Under the pieces are notes generated by a model. The model worked only from the letters and a program-made list of their open reading frames with translations, did no database searches and was not told the origin of the DNA. Below, one piece after another: positions 1 through 10,106 of a stretch of 64,000 nt of DNA. The translations under genes and the position numbers were made by a program. Source of the DNA: Verrucomicrobiota bacterium. GTDB taxonomy: Bacteria > Verrucomicrobiota > Verrucomicrobiia > Limisphaerales > JADLHS01. The stretch spans positions 4,252 through 68,251 of the forward strand of contig JASGKY010000013.1 of assembly GCA_049840435.1 (NCBI GenBank), written 5' to 3'. The first letter of the stretch is position 1. Each line of letters begins with the position of its first letter.

Positions 1-584
1 CCGAATGCCTCCAGGACTGTGTCCGCCAGCCCAGCGCTCGGTCCGTGTCCTCGCCACCGGTCGGGACGCCCTGGACTCGGACGCCGTCACCAGGGCGCCG
101 GCCAGCGGCTCCGCGAGGTCGTGGCGTGGAAGGGCGGCTTCGTGGCAAGCGGCGAAGTGCTGCTCTGGCGGTCGCCCGGCGTGGGGCGGCAGACCATCTG
201 GACCTGGCCGGATGGCTCGTCTGCACGGAGGTCCGACGGCCGTTCGGGCGGCAACGGACCCCCTTGGTCGTCGTCCAGCGCTCGGTGCCGTTCGGTGACC
301 TGCTCATCGCGGTCGGCTCGCGGGGACGTCGCCTGCTCCTGTGGACGTCCAGGGACGGCAGACGCTGGTCGCGCGTTCCCGATGCGCCCATCTTCGGTCC
401 TGGCCGGTGCGTCGGCGCGCGCCGACCACGACCTCGGGATCGTCGGGGCGGCCGCGACGTCCGGCCGGATCGAGATCGTCGGCAGGTATGGCCCGACCAC
501 GTCTCCGACCTCCACGTGCTGACCTCGACTCACGGACGACACTGGAAGCGCGACGCCTGGACGGAGTTGACCCAGCCAGCCTGA
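1..584 (+). pseudogene. 5'-partial beta-propeller / Asp-box(BNR)-like repeat protein, reading frame broken at least 3 times
   Basis: Protein-like segments alternate between + frames 1 and 3: 'VVAWKGGFVASGEVLLWRSPGVGRQTIWTWPDGS' (frame 1), 'VPFGDLLIAVGSRGRRLLLWTSRDGRRWSRVPDAPIFGPG' (frame 3), 'ADHDLGIVGAAATSGRIEIVGRYGP' (frame 1), 'HVLTSTHGRHWKRDAWTELTQPA*' (frame 3, stop 582-584). The recurring S-x-[DH]-G-x-x-W motif resembles Asp-box repeats. Family assignment is weak. Confidence 0.3.
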
Positions 585-611
585 TCGATCTGAGCGGCTC
601 CAGCGATCGCT

Positions 612-1478
612 TCAGCGCGTTGGTCGCCAGTCGTGCAGAGGCGACCGGGACTCGGGTCCGGATGGCCGCCACGTCGTTCGACGGTCGCACCGGCCGCCGG
701 GCCCGCACCCACCGGCCATGCTGCCAGTCATCGTCCTGCAGCCGGAGCATGCGGAATACGTCGTGGTGGTGGCGCTCGACCTCGACGATGGGCTGCACAC
801 CGCGGCCCCGAGCGTCTGGTCGTCGACCACGCCTGGCGCTACGTGCCCAAGGCCCCGGCCGACGAGCGCCTTGGAGACCTCGATGCTGGTCGAGGGGCCG
901 ACGGTGCCGCCGTCCGGCATCGCCAACGGCGCGTCGCCGGACGATGACCCGTGGCGATGGACCATGACGAGCACCGACCTGTCGACCTGGAGCTCTCCGC
1001 CGGGGTGGCCGGCGATGGCCCCGGGCTGTGACGACTTCGCGTGGTTCGCCAAGGCGGCGGTCCTACGGTTGCCGCGGGTGAGTGCCCCGACGATGAGGCC
1101 CAGGTGCACGCAGCCGCATGGATCGAGGTGCGTCCGACGCGGCGGCGGCGGTTGCCCACACGTGGGGGCCGCTCGCGGTCGTGGAGGACTCCGGGGCGGG
1201 TGGCCTGGACGCCGGCAACGGGCCTGGGCGGCTGGTCATCACCGACCGGTGCGTCGATCCGCAAGGGTCGCCGTGGGGAGGGCGACACCCTCGTGTTCCG
1301 CAGCGGCCAGACGCGCTGGGATGCCCAGCGTCATCAGGTCGTCTACCACGATCGCGACCTTGGCGAGGTGCGCCTCTCGAGCATCTGCCTGGTGTTCTTG
1401 GAGGCTACGGCATCGGTCTGCAGCGTCGCCGGACAACACCGAGGTTCCGATTGGCCCTTGGACGAGCAGTCGACGCAT
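612..1478 (-). pseudogene. Unassigned GC-rich coding stretch (minus strand favoured), codon phase switches; product not recognised
   Basis: Hand count: in 961-1080, 37 of 40 bases at every third position (963, 966, ...) are G/C, so the region is coding. Comparing G+C at codon positions 1 and 2 favours the minus frame of ORF 612..1109. In 1081-1320 the high-GC third position moves to another phase (frame of ORF 839..1288). In 1321-1532 the phase is ambiguous. No family motif could be assigned. Confidence 0.2.
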
Positions 1479-1567
1479 CGTGCCCAGTCAATCGTCTTGG
1501 TCGTCCACCAGGTCATCCCGAGGATCCGCTAGGCCAACACGACGGACATGTGGCGCGAATGGAAGAA

Positions 1568-1644
<77 letters not shown>

Positions 1645-1742
1645 ACCGAGTCGCAGGCGCCCGTGAGAGCGCACCGCGGACCTCGGAGTATAGCCGTTCA
1701 TCCCTCGACGCAGCCGATGGCGGGCCCGTGACGGCATCACCG

Positions 1743-1796
1743 CACGTGCCACGTGCGGAGGACGTGCCGCGTGCGGAGGACGTGCCGCGTGCGATC
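1743..1796. repeat. 18-bp tandem repeat, about 3 copies (cacgtgccacgtgcggag / gacgtgccgcgtgcggag / gacgtgccgcgtgcgatc)
   Basis: Direct reading of 1743-1796. Copy 1 differs from copy 2 at 2 positions; copy 3 matches the first 15 nt. The repeat lies about 100 nt upstream of the 5' end of the tRNA-Pro gene. Confidence 0.8.
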
Positions 1797-2083
1797 TTCG
1801 ATCCGGCTGAAAAGCGTCGGGGCTCGATCAGGGTTGGCTCTCTTGTGAAGCGCGCCGCGGCCGCCAGCATCCATGGTGCTCCCTCCAGGGAGCTGAAGAT
1901 CCGTCGGTCAAGAGGAGGCGTGGCAGCCTCGGATGCGTGGTCGTGCGCTCGAACCCGACCAACGGGCCGCATGGCCTTCGACGGAATTCGAACATCCTGT
2001 TGGCCGTGGCCGTCTCGCTCGCGCAATCGGAGCCAAGCCGTCCTGTCCAGGCCGCGCATCAGTTGCGCACCGGACGTCGTGGC

Positions 2084-3145
2084 TCAGCCGCGGACCGGTC
2101 GGCTGCTCTCGCGAACCACCAGCTCAGGCTGCAGCAGGGTGCCGTGGGTCACGGGCGGCTCGTCCGTCCGGCCGCGGGCCCTGCTGGCCCGGATGGCATG
2201 GACGATGGCCTCGACCGCCGCGGCCCCGGCATCGGCCGAGCGGCTCGCGCACGGTCGTGAGGGGCGGCCAGTAGCTGGAGCCCTCGGCGATGCCATCGGC
2301 ACCCACCACGGACAGCTGGCGAGCGCGTCTGCCGACCGGACTCGTGGCTGCGTGGAGCACGCCGAGCGCCATCTGGTAGTCGTTGCTCGCGAACACGGCA
2401 TCGATGTCCGGGTCGTCGCGCCAGCAGCCTGCTCGCAGGCCGTCCTTGCCGCCTGACGGCCACCAGTCGCCCTCCACGACCATGCTCGTTGGATCGTGGC
2501 CCACCTGTTCTTCAGCGTCTCCTGCTATCCGGCGAGCCGCTCCCGTGCCTCGGACCAGTCGAGCGGCCCGGTGACGATGGCCACCTGCCGCGCGCCGCCG
2601 TCGAGGATGTGCCGCGTGGCCAGTCGCCCGATGGCCCGGTTGTCGATGGCGACCGAGGGCACGGCATCGTCGCTGCCCGTGCCACCAACGACCAACAACG
2701 GCACGGCGAGGTCGCCCACCCGCTCCCGGAGCCCGGCGCGGTCGCCGGCGATCTCGGGGATGGCCCACAGCACGCCATCGACCTGGCGCTCCGCAAGGCC
2801 CGCCAGGACGTCCTCCACATCGTCCGTCTCGGGTCGATGGATGAGCGTCAGCGAGATCGCGTAGCCCATCGCCGCCGCCTGGCGCTCGATGCCCGTGATG
2901 ATCCGGGACGGCCCGAAGTACTCCAGCCCGAACGCGACCACGCCCAGCGTGTGGGTGCGACCCTCGATCAGGCTCCGGGCCAGCATGTTGGGCCGATAGC
3001 CGGTGTCGGCGATGACCTGCTGGACGCGCGCGAACGTCTGGGGCGCGACATCGGGACGGTCGTTGAGCACGCGCGACACGGTCTGCGTCGAGACGCCCGC
3101 CGCGCGCGCGACCTCCCGGATGGTGACCCGCCGGCGCCGCGTCAT
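2084..3145 (-). pseudogene. LacI-family transcriptional regulator, two frame breaks
   Basis: The HTH 'VTIREVARAAGVSTQTVSRVLNDRPDVAPQTFARVQQVIADTGYRPNMLARSL' follows the ATG at 3145. The frame stops (TAG 2522-2524) after 'SEARERLAG'. The sugar-binding core continues in the frame of ORF 2124..3347 ('EGDWWPSGG..PDIDAVFASNDYQMALGVLHAA..LSVVGADGIAEGSSYWPPLTTVREPL'). It continues again in the frame of ORF 2084..2401 ('AVEAIVHAIRASR..LLQPELVVRESS', stop at 2084). Breaks are near 2522 and near 2235. Confidence 0.75.
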
Positions 3146-3345
3146 GACGCACGCCAGTATGCCGGGGCCGGTGCGTGCGGTGGCCGCGCCCCGCTCCGTG
3201 CCACTGCGTCTGGGCTTGACATCCGATGCACCCCTCATGCACCTGTGTCTGCGTTCCCGTGAACGATGACGGTAACGGTAACAGTTGCCTGTGAGCCCGG
3301 CAAGGTGGGGAGGCCGGGCCAAGGAGAGGGGCGGCTCGCTTCGGC

Positions 3346-3514
3346 ATGGCGATGAGCTACCTGGGACGACGGCTGCGCTGCCCCCCTTCTGGAGGCGCGC
3401 GGCATCAGCAAGCGCTTTGGCGGCATCCAGGCCCTCGACGGTCTTGACCTGACGCTGCGCGCCGGCGAGGTCATGGCCCTCGCGGGCGAGAATGGCGCCG
3501 GCAAGTCGACGCTT
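3346..3514 (+). pseudogene. N-terminal fragment of a sugar-type ABC transporter ATP-binding protein (ends just after Walker A)
   Basis: '[43 protein letters not shown]' reads from 3386. The only ATG (3346) is in another frame and joins through a C6 run (3381-3386). After 3514 the same frame reads '[20 protein letters not shown]..' with no Q-loop, ABC signature or Walker B. Confidence 0.65.
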
Positions 3515-3526
3515 TCAGGTTCTCGT

Positions 3527-3703
3527 TCATCGCCGCCCAGACGGAGGCGGATTGCGCGGTTGTCGCAGGGGGGATGGCGAGTCCGGTTGCGACGGTTGTT
3601 GTGCTGCTTTGGCCGGCAGCGTTTGGCAGTGCTTAATGAGTAAAAAATTGCTCCAGCCAAACAAGGCCAGTGCGATAATAATAGAAAAAACTGTACGTTT
3701 CAT
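3527..3703 (-). CDS. Hypothetical small membrane-anchored protein (58 aa)
   Basis: Internal Met of ORF 3527..3757: '[23 protein letters not shown]' is a hydrophobic N-terminus, followed by a Pro/Gln-rich tail. The ORF abuts the composition breakpoint. There is no family support. Confidence 0.2.
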   Translation of the reverse strand: MKRTVFSIIIALALFGWSNFLLIKHCQTLPAKAAQQPSQPDSPSPLRQPRNPPPSGRR

Positions 3704-3716
3704 TAGCGTCAGAATG

Positions 3717-4561
3717 CTAACTGCAGCGAAAAGAGGGCGGAGTAAAGATTTTTCCACTACTGGTTAGAACGATCTTGATCTTCGACAAATCCTCTTTTGG
3801 CTTGGGCCATTGAATTTCAGCTTTTTTCCATCGCTTCGACGATGATGTGAGCGATGACGTAATGGTGATACAATTTCCGTTTGTCTGAGATGATGTGCCT
3901 GGCCCCCAAGGCGTGCTGCACTTGTTCAAGGCAACCTCGTAGGCGTCCATGAATTCTTTACAGTTGGCGCGCATGTCCAGATCAGCCGTCTCGAACTTCC
4001 ATTGCTTGCGCGGATTGTCGAGGTGGGATCGCAGGCGTTCCGCCTGTTTCTTTCCTTGTGATGTGCAGGAAAAACTTCAGCAGGTGAATGTTATTCTCGG
4101 TGTTAGATATTTTTCGAAGGCGTTGATTTGGTCGTAGCGTGGCGACCACACTTCTTTTGGTACCAGATTTTTGACCCGCGCGATCAGCACATCCTGGTAA
4201 TGCGAGCGGTTGAACATGCCGATGCGACCGTAGCGTGGCACGGCCTGATGGATGCGCCAAAGAAAATCATGCGCCAGTTCCTCGCGAACGGGATTCCAGT
4301 TCGCCGCCTGTACGCCCGCCGGTTCCACGAATTCCAGCACGCGCCGCACCGTGCCGTCCTTGCCGCTGGTGTCCATGCCTTGCAACAGGATGATGATGGA
4401 ATGTTTGGCGTTGGCGTTGAGCAATTCTTCCAACTCACCGATGCGTTGGCAGAAGCTAGTGGTCTCGACTCGGGTGGCTTCCTTCTCCATCCCGTTGCAG
4501 AAATCCCGGGGTCGAAATCTTTGAGGCGGATGTCCGGTTCGACTTTGATGGGCTGTTTCAT
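3717..4561 (-). pseudogene. Polyphosphate kinase 2 (PPK2) family protein, at least 4-5 frame breaks
   Basis: PPK2 hallmarks are spread over several frames: 'MKQPIKVEPDIRLKDFDP', 'HSIIILLQGMDTSGKDGTVRRV', 'HDFLWRIHQAVPRYGRIGMFNRSHYQDVLIARV', 'HLLKFFLHITRKE', 'QAERLRSHLDNPRKQWKFETADLDMR', 'HIISDKRKLYHHYVIAHIIVEAME'. Breaks are near 4500, 4095, 4035, 3905 (C5 run) and 3825 (T6 run). Confidence 0.7.
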
Positions 4562-4618
4562 GCCGTGCAGATTCAATCACGGATTAGGGCGGATGAACAC
4601 GGATTTTTGCGAGGATTC

Positions 4619-5221
4619 TTAGATCGATCTCGCAGTAGTGGCGGTGGTGGCTAGATTGTCTGCAGTCAATGGAAGTAGCCCCCCTCTGGCGTCGTATCCA
4701 CCCGGAACTTTTCGGGTTCGCGGAGCAGGGGGATGCGGGCCGCCGAAATAGAGTTGATGAAGATGTAACAGCAGCGCGAGGGCCATGGCGGAACGAGCCC
4801 TTGGCGGATTAATCGCGTCCGCCAGGAGTTTGCCGCGCCCGGCCCGGACATCTTCCAGGTCTTTGAGGAGGCGTTCGGCTTTTTGCAGGTGCGGATTCCA
4901 GTCGGGGATTTCCGCACTAGGTTGAAATGTCATGGTGCAATAATAGGCATTGCACTTGGGATTGGCGCAGAATCCTAGCCGCATCCGGCGCAGCGCCATG
5001 GTCAGATCATTGCCTTTTGTCGGCTGGCTTAAGACGAAGAGTTCATCTCCGGAAACCTTGGTTTTGCATTCGGTGCATTCCAAGGTGATCAATTGGTGAA
5101 AGCTGACAAAGACCTGATCGGGCGGGAGCTGTTTGTGTTGGAGCGTGTTGCCGAGGGCTTGGCACAACTCGCATAGGCGGACGAAAGTTTCCCGGCGCGT
5201 CATGGGAGGCTGGCTCGGCAT
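4619..5221 (-). CDS. Hypothetical Cys-rich protein (possible zinc-ribbon motifs); C-terminus probably frame-shifted
   Basis: ORF with 'CELC..', 'ECTECKTKVSGDE', 'CANPKCNAYYC'. The likely start is 'MTRRETF' at 5203. A C5 run near 4728 would join to the frame of ORF 4666..4917 ('LLREPEKFRVDTTPEGGYFH*'), giving an end at 4666. No family was recognised. Confidence 0.35.
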   Translation of the reverse strand: MPSQPPMTRRETFVRLCELCQALGNTLQHKQLPPDQVFVSFHQLITLECTECKTKVSGDELFVLSQPTKGNDLTMALRRMRLGFCANPKCNAYYCTMTFQPSAEIPDWNPHLQKAERLLKDLEDVRAGRGKLLADAINPPRARSAMALALLLHLHQLYFGGPHPPAPRTRKVPGGYDARGGLLPLTADNLATTATTARSI

Positions 5222-5336
5222 ACGGCGCGATACACTACGGATTCAGTTCGCTGCCACTACGATCTCGAGCGGCTTGTACCAGACCCAATCTTCGGTTTCC
5301 TCGAATCGATAGTACGGGTCGGTGCAAAGACTCTTA

Positions 5337-6068
5337 TTAAACGAGAAAGATCTTGGCGTGGGCCATCAAGGAACAGGATGGGCGATAAGAACAGCACCGG
5401 CGCCAGTCGGGATCGGTGATTCCGCTTTGCCCCGGTTGCGATGCCATTGATACCAACGCGGTTCGAACAGCGGAGTCGGTGCGTGGCAAACCTGTGGGCT
5501 GGCGGGTGGCTCGAACATGAGGATAAAGCGCGTTGGATTCGTCACCCACTGTTCGGTCTTGCCCAGGATGCTGCCGGCGTTGGTTTTCAACGTTCACGAT
5601 GGGCAGCCCGTTTGGCACGCCATGATTGATTTCATAGCTAAAGCCCCGAGTTTCCCAACAAGAAGGCAGCAGAGTCTGGTTGGGGTGTTCGTGGCAATCC
5701 TCACTGATTTTGCCGCGGTCCATCGGGCAGCGCATCACTTGCGAGTCTTTGATGTAGGGATACAGCGCCCGATCTTTGGCGAAACCATGGTTGGTCGCCA
5801 GACATGGGGTGCTCGGGTCTTGGCCGCCAGTGATGGCGCGGATTTTGCCGCCGGTATCGTCCCAGCTCATGCGAGTGGCGATGTAAACTTGGTGGAAATT
5901 ATTGAGGCACTGGGTTTCGCGGGCGCGTTCCTTGCCGCGCCCGAGCGATGGCAGCAACAGGCTGGCGAGGATTCCGATAATGGCCATGACCACCAGAAGT
6001 TCAATCAGGGTGAAAGCGTAAGAGCGCGGTGCTAATTTCCCGAAGGCTGAAAGTGGTGAATTCATCAC
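5337..6068 (-). pseudogene. Prepilin-type N-terminal cleavage/methylation domain protein (DUF1559/H-X9-DG-like), frame breaks in C-terminal third
   Basis: '[26 protein letters not shown]' is a class-III signal/methylation motif. The conserved part '[43 protein letters not shown]' lies in the frame of ORF 5366..5590. The terminal 'ILFLDGHAKIFLV*' is recovered only after a further 1-nt correction near 5361-5364. Confidence 0.65.
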
Positions 6069-6177
6069 GGACTGATTCTGAGACGTGTTTAACGCGGGCT
6101 TGATTCAGAAGCAAGTCCCAACCCGACCGGTCGGTTAGCGTGATTATGATTTACTCTGAAGCCAGAATAAGCCGGCA

Positions 6178-8483
6178 TTACGGCGTGCGGTCGGTGAACT
6201 CGATCTTCACAGTTTTATCAATGTGCGATGATCCGAGTGGTTTGGGTTTTTGCACGCCTGTAATGGATTTGCGATGCGTGGCCCACCAAGTCGCGCGCTG
6301 TCCGGCGGTCCAGCGTTGCGTGAGATCGCAGGCTGCGAGTTGAGCGGCTAGCTCGCGGGCGGACGTGGGGCGGTGCGCTGGATCTTTTTCGAGGCAACGC
6401 AACAGCAGCGATTCAAATTGCGTATCTAGTGGCTGGCCCAGCCGTTGACTCGGCAGAACCGGAGTTTCCTCGAGATGCTTGCGGCACAATTCAGCGATGG
6501 TTTGGCCGTCAAAATTTCGCGCCCGGTGACAGAGGAATTCCCAGAACGCCGACAGAGTAAATGTCGCTCCGGGCGTCACATTGGTTTGGATCGCGAATCG
6601 CTTCGGCGCAATAAAGTTGGGTGTGCCGACAATGCCATCTTCGCCGGCCACTTCGCGGAGTTGCACGGCGTCGGACGCGCTGGAGATATGTTTCACCAGG
6701 CCGAAATCCAACACTTTTACGCTGTCTGGCACGCCGCCACGATCGGTGATGAAGATGTTGGCCGGCTTCACGTCGCGGTGGATTAGGCCAAGCGCATGGG
6801 CTTCGGCGAGCGATTCGCAGATGTGTTTCAAGATGTGCGCCACCCGGGCTTCGGGCTGCGCGCCGTAACGATGGACGAGTTCATGCAGGTTGAGGCCGTC
6901 GAGATATTCCATCGCATAGTAGAAAATCCCATCGGGTGTGTGGCCGTAATCGTAAACCTGGATGGTATTCGGATGCGTGAGGCGGCAGGTCAATTGCACC
7001 TCACGCTCGAAGCGTTCGAGTGAGGCCTTATCGGCCTTTTCGGGGGGCAACAGTTTCAAAGCCGTCTCGCGACGGAGCAGGGAATGGTGCGCCTTGTAAA
7101 CGATGCCCATGCCCCCTTCGCCGATTTTCTCGCTGAGTTTGTATTGGCCGAGCTGGCGGGCTTTGAGTTCGGCTTCGGTCAGGCGACGTTTCCAGATGAT
7201 TTGCCGATAAGTGAACCCGAGCACGACGAGCGCCGCGAGGATGAGCAACAGGAACAGGATCAGAAACACGCGTCGCACGACGCCGAGTGATTCAAACGCC
7301 TCGCGCGCGTCAATCTTTGTGCCGACGCCGAAACCGTATTTCGGAGCTACTGCCACGCGCCGACGACCGGCACGCCGCGATAATCTCGGAAAGGCGTGAT
7401 CTCCACGCCCGCCTCGCCTTCGATCGCGCGCTCGACCATGAGGATGAGGGGTTGTGAAGCGTTCGTGTTGGCAACGTAGCCTTGCGTGAGGTCTCCGCCG
7501 GGGTCGCGGAGCGAAAGCGTAAGCGCAGAGGTGGTGTTGGTTTCTTTGTCGAGCAGGCCGAAGTGTTGCAGTTCTTCGTCGAAGCGGCTTTGCGAAATCA
7601 ACGTTCCGGCCGTATCGAAGGCGAAGGTTTCACCGGAGTCACCGGAACGCGCGACGGAAAGGATTTTGGTGAACTCGGCATCGGGGTTGATGATTAACGC
7701 CAGTGCGCCCCGCGTTGCGCCAGCAAGGTCTTTGATGGGCGCGGCGGCTTGCATCTCGGTCAGATCGCGGGGAGGTGGCGGTTCGCCGCCGGGCGGGCCG
7801 GCAAAAGGTGGGGCTGGATTGTTGGCGGCGAACTCCGGGCGCGGGCCAAAGCCATCGCGTGGCGGACGTGGTTCATTGCCGAGGCGATTGGTGCGATTGC
7901 CGAAGCGTTGAGGAAACTGCGGCGGCTTGAGTTTGAACGGCGTGATGATGATGGGTTCGCCGTTGGTGAACAGCTCGGAATATTTCGGCTGCAATTCCTC
8001 GGGTAATTTGTTGCCCTGCCGGCTGCGCCGTCGGCCCACGTCGGAAATGATGGTGAGGTTGGTGCTCACCAAGTGAACCTTGGTGTAGCCGAGGGCGCGG
8101 ACGCGTTCCTGCAAACGCTCGCCCGCGATGAATTCGCGGGACAGTTCATTTAACACAGCGCGGTTGGTGAAGGTGTCCGCCGGTTGATCGAGCAGTTTCA
8201 GGGCGACCGCTTTCAGGCGCGGCTCATCGGCCAGGGCGGCGGCGATGCGTTTCTGGTTGGCCATCCAGATTTCCAGCGCGGTGACGTTGGCATCGAGGGT
8301 GGCGCTGAGATCGGCGCGCACTTCGCGATGGATGGTCTGGCGCAATTGGCGATCGGCCCACCAGCCGACGCTGGCAACCAGCAGGGCGAGGAGCAGCGGG
8401 ACAAGCCAGATGTGTTTCCCACGCATCATGCGCGTAGCATACTCCAAGGAAAGACGCCGGCGGGACGAAAAAGTTTCGGCCAT
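6178..8483 (-). pseudogene. Membrane Ser/Thr protein kinase with N-terminal Cache-like extracytoplasmic sensor; three frame breaks
   Basis: Kinase motifs: 'IGEGGMGIVYKA', 'ALKLL', 'HRDVKPANIF', 'DFGLV', 'GTPNFIAP'. The sensor ORF (7347..8699, true start probably 'MAETFSS' at 8483 or 'MMRGKHIWLVPLLLALL' at 8429) ends 'DYRGVPVVGAWQ*' and runs straight into 'APKYGFGVGTKIDAREAF' plus a TM segment of the kinase ORF (1-nt break near 7348-7350). Inside the kinase, 'KRFAIQTNVTPGATFTLSAFWEFLCHRA' becomes 'EAIRDPNQCDARSDIYSVGVLG..' in another frame, through compensating indels near 6600-6606 and 6511-6517. Confidence 0.75.
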
Positions 8484-8607
8484 TTTTATGTAGGGCGACA
8501 CCCGGTTGTTCCAAGAGTACCAATTGTGCCAAAGGGTAGTACAATTGTGCTGTTGACCGCGAATGCCCCCCCGGTATTGTGCGTCCGACCAAGCCTGACA
8601 CTGATTT

Positions 8608-9999
8608 ATGCAAAATAAACCAAGCCAAAACTCCATTCCGGCCTCGCGCCGCGAGTTCCTCAAGAAAACTGCCACGGTCGCTGCTGCGCTTGCGGCCACG
8701 CCGTTGGTGCGGCCGACCGTTTATGGGCAGGCCCCGAGTCCGGGCCGGGTACTGGGCGCAAATGACCGTATCAACCTTGGCTTCATCGGCGTTGGGGGAC
8801 AGGGCTTCAATGCCCATGTAAACATCTCCAGCAAGAATGCGGGTGCGAACAATATTTCGTTGGCTGCTGTCTGCGACGTCTGGTCGAAGCGTGTTGCGAA
8901 TGCGAAGGCATTCATCGAAAAGGCTGGCACCGGTGCAAACGTTGCGACTTATGGAGATTACCGCCAGTTGCTCGAGCGGAAGGACATTGATGCGGTGGTC
9001 ATCGCGACGCACGACCCAATCCACGCTGCCGCGAGCATCGGAGCGATGGAATCCGGCAAGCACGTTTATTGCGAGAAGCCGCTGACGCGTTATCTCGGGG
9101 AGGCCTTCGAAGTGCATGATGTAGTGAAAAAGACGGGGAAGATCTTGCAAGTCGGCTCGCAGGGGACTTCTGCCGCCGCGTGGCACAAGGCGGCGGAGAT
9201 GATCAATGCAGGCGAGATCGGCCAGCTCGTTTGGGCGCAAGGCTATTACTGCCGTAACAATCCGAAGGGTGAATGGAATTACCCAATTGATGCCGATGCT
9301 ACCGCCGCGACGGTGGATTGGGAAAAGTGGCTGGGGCCGGTGCATAAGCGCGTGAAGTTCGATGCCGACCATTATTTCCGCTGGCGCAAGTATTACCCGT
9401 ATTGCGCCGGGTTGTTGGGCGACCTGATGCCGCACCGGTTGCATCCGCTGATGCTGGCGATGGGCAAAACAGAGTTTCCCTCGCGCGTGGTGAGTTTGGG
9501 CACGAAAAACGTCGGCACAGACAAGAAGTTCACGCCGCCGACCTACGAGCGTGATGTGCCGGAGCATGTTGAATTGCTGGCGGAATTTCCGAGCGGCGTA
9601 TCGCTCATGCTCGCGTGCAGCACGGTAAATGCGCGCAGCCCCGGCTTTGCGCTTTATGGACATCATGCCACGTTGGAAGTCGGCTCGTCGGGCGAACGGA
9701 TCGAACTCAAGCCGGAGCGCGAGTTCGCTGATGAGATTGAGCCGAAGACGTTGGATGGGCTCAAGCCGACGGAAGACATTGGCGCGCATCATGCCAATTG
9801 GTTCGATAGCATTCGCAACAACAAGCAGCCGAACTGCGGCATCGATCTGGCCGTGCGGGTGCAGACGGTGATCACGCTGGCGGAAATGTCGCAACGCCTT
9901 GGCGTAGCTTGTAATTTCGATGCACAGACGCGCAAGGTGACGACTGGCGACGGTAAAGAAGTGAAGCCAATCACTTACGGCACGTTGGAGCTGTCATAA
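8608..9999 (+). CDS. Gfo/Idh/MocA-family oxidoreductase with twin-arginine (Tat) signal
   Basis: 'SRREFLKKTATVAAALAA' is a Tat motif. The Rossmann start 'INLGFIGVGGQG', 'DAVVIATHDPIHA' and 'GKHVYCEKP' are typical of the family. The ORF is intact at 463 aa. Confidence 0.85.
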   Translation: MQNKPSQNSIPASRREFLKKTATVAAALAATPLVRPTVYGQAPSPGRVLGANDRINLGFIGVGGQGFNAHVNISSKNAGANNISLAAVCDVWSKRVANAKAFIEKAGTGANVATYGDYRQLLERKDIDAVVIATHDPIHAAASIGAMESGKHVYCEKPLTRYLGEAFEVHDVVKKTGKILQVGSQGTSAAAWHKAAEMINAGEIGQLVWAQGYYCRNNPKGEWNYPIDADATAATVDWEKWLGPVHKRVKFDADHYFRWRKYYPYCAGLLGDLMPHRLHPLMLAMGKTEFPSRVVSLGTKNVGTDKKFTPPTYERDVPEHVELLAEFPSGVSLMLACSTVNARSPGFALYGHHATLEVGSSGERIELKPEREFADEIEPKTLDGLKPTEDIGAHHANWFDSIRNNKQPNCGIDLAVRVQTVITLAEMSQRLGVACNFDAQTRKVTTGDGKEVKPITYGTLELS

Positions 10000-10026
10000 C
10001 TGGTTGGTTGAAAACATTAGATTACA

Positions 10027-10056
10027 GCGGCAGGAAAAATCCTGCCGCTTTTTGTT
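10027..10056 (+). terminator. Rho-independent terminator after the oxidoreductase gene
   Basis: gcggcagg-aaaaat-cctgccgc forms a perfect 8-bp stem, followed by ttttt. Confidence 0.75.
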
Positions 10057-10106
10057 TGCGAGCTTGCTGCGGCGCATCAACGTCCCTAATCTCCGCGCGT
10101 TTGTTG

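Noticed and set aside
3265-3295. 'gacggtaacggtaacagttgcc' direct repeat upstream of the LacI/ABC divergent region as a possible operator related to the TTGTTACCGT elements
   Set aside because: It is a 6-bp repeat rather than an 11-bp-phased one. It lies in the unrelated GC-rich segment, and the similarity is limited to GGTAAC.
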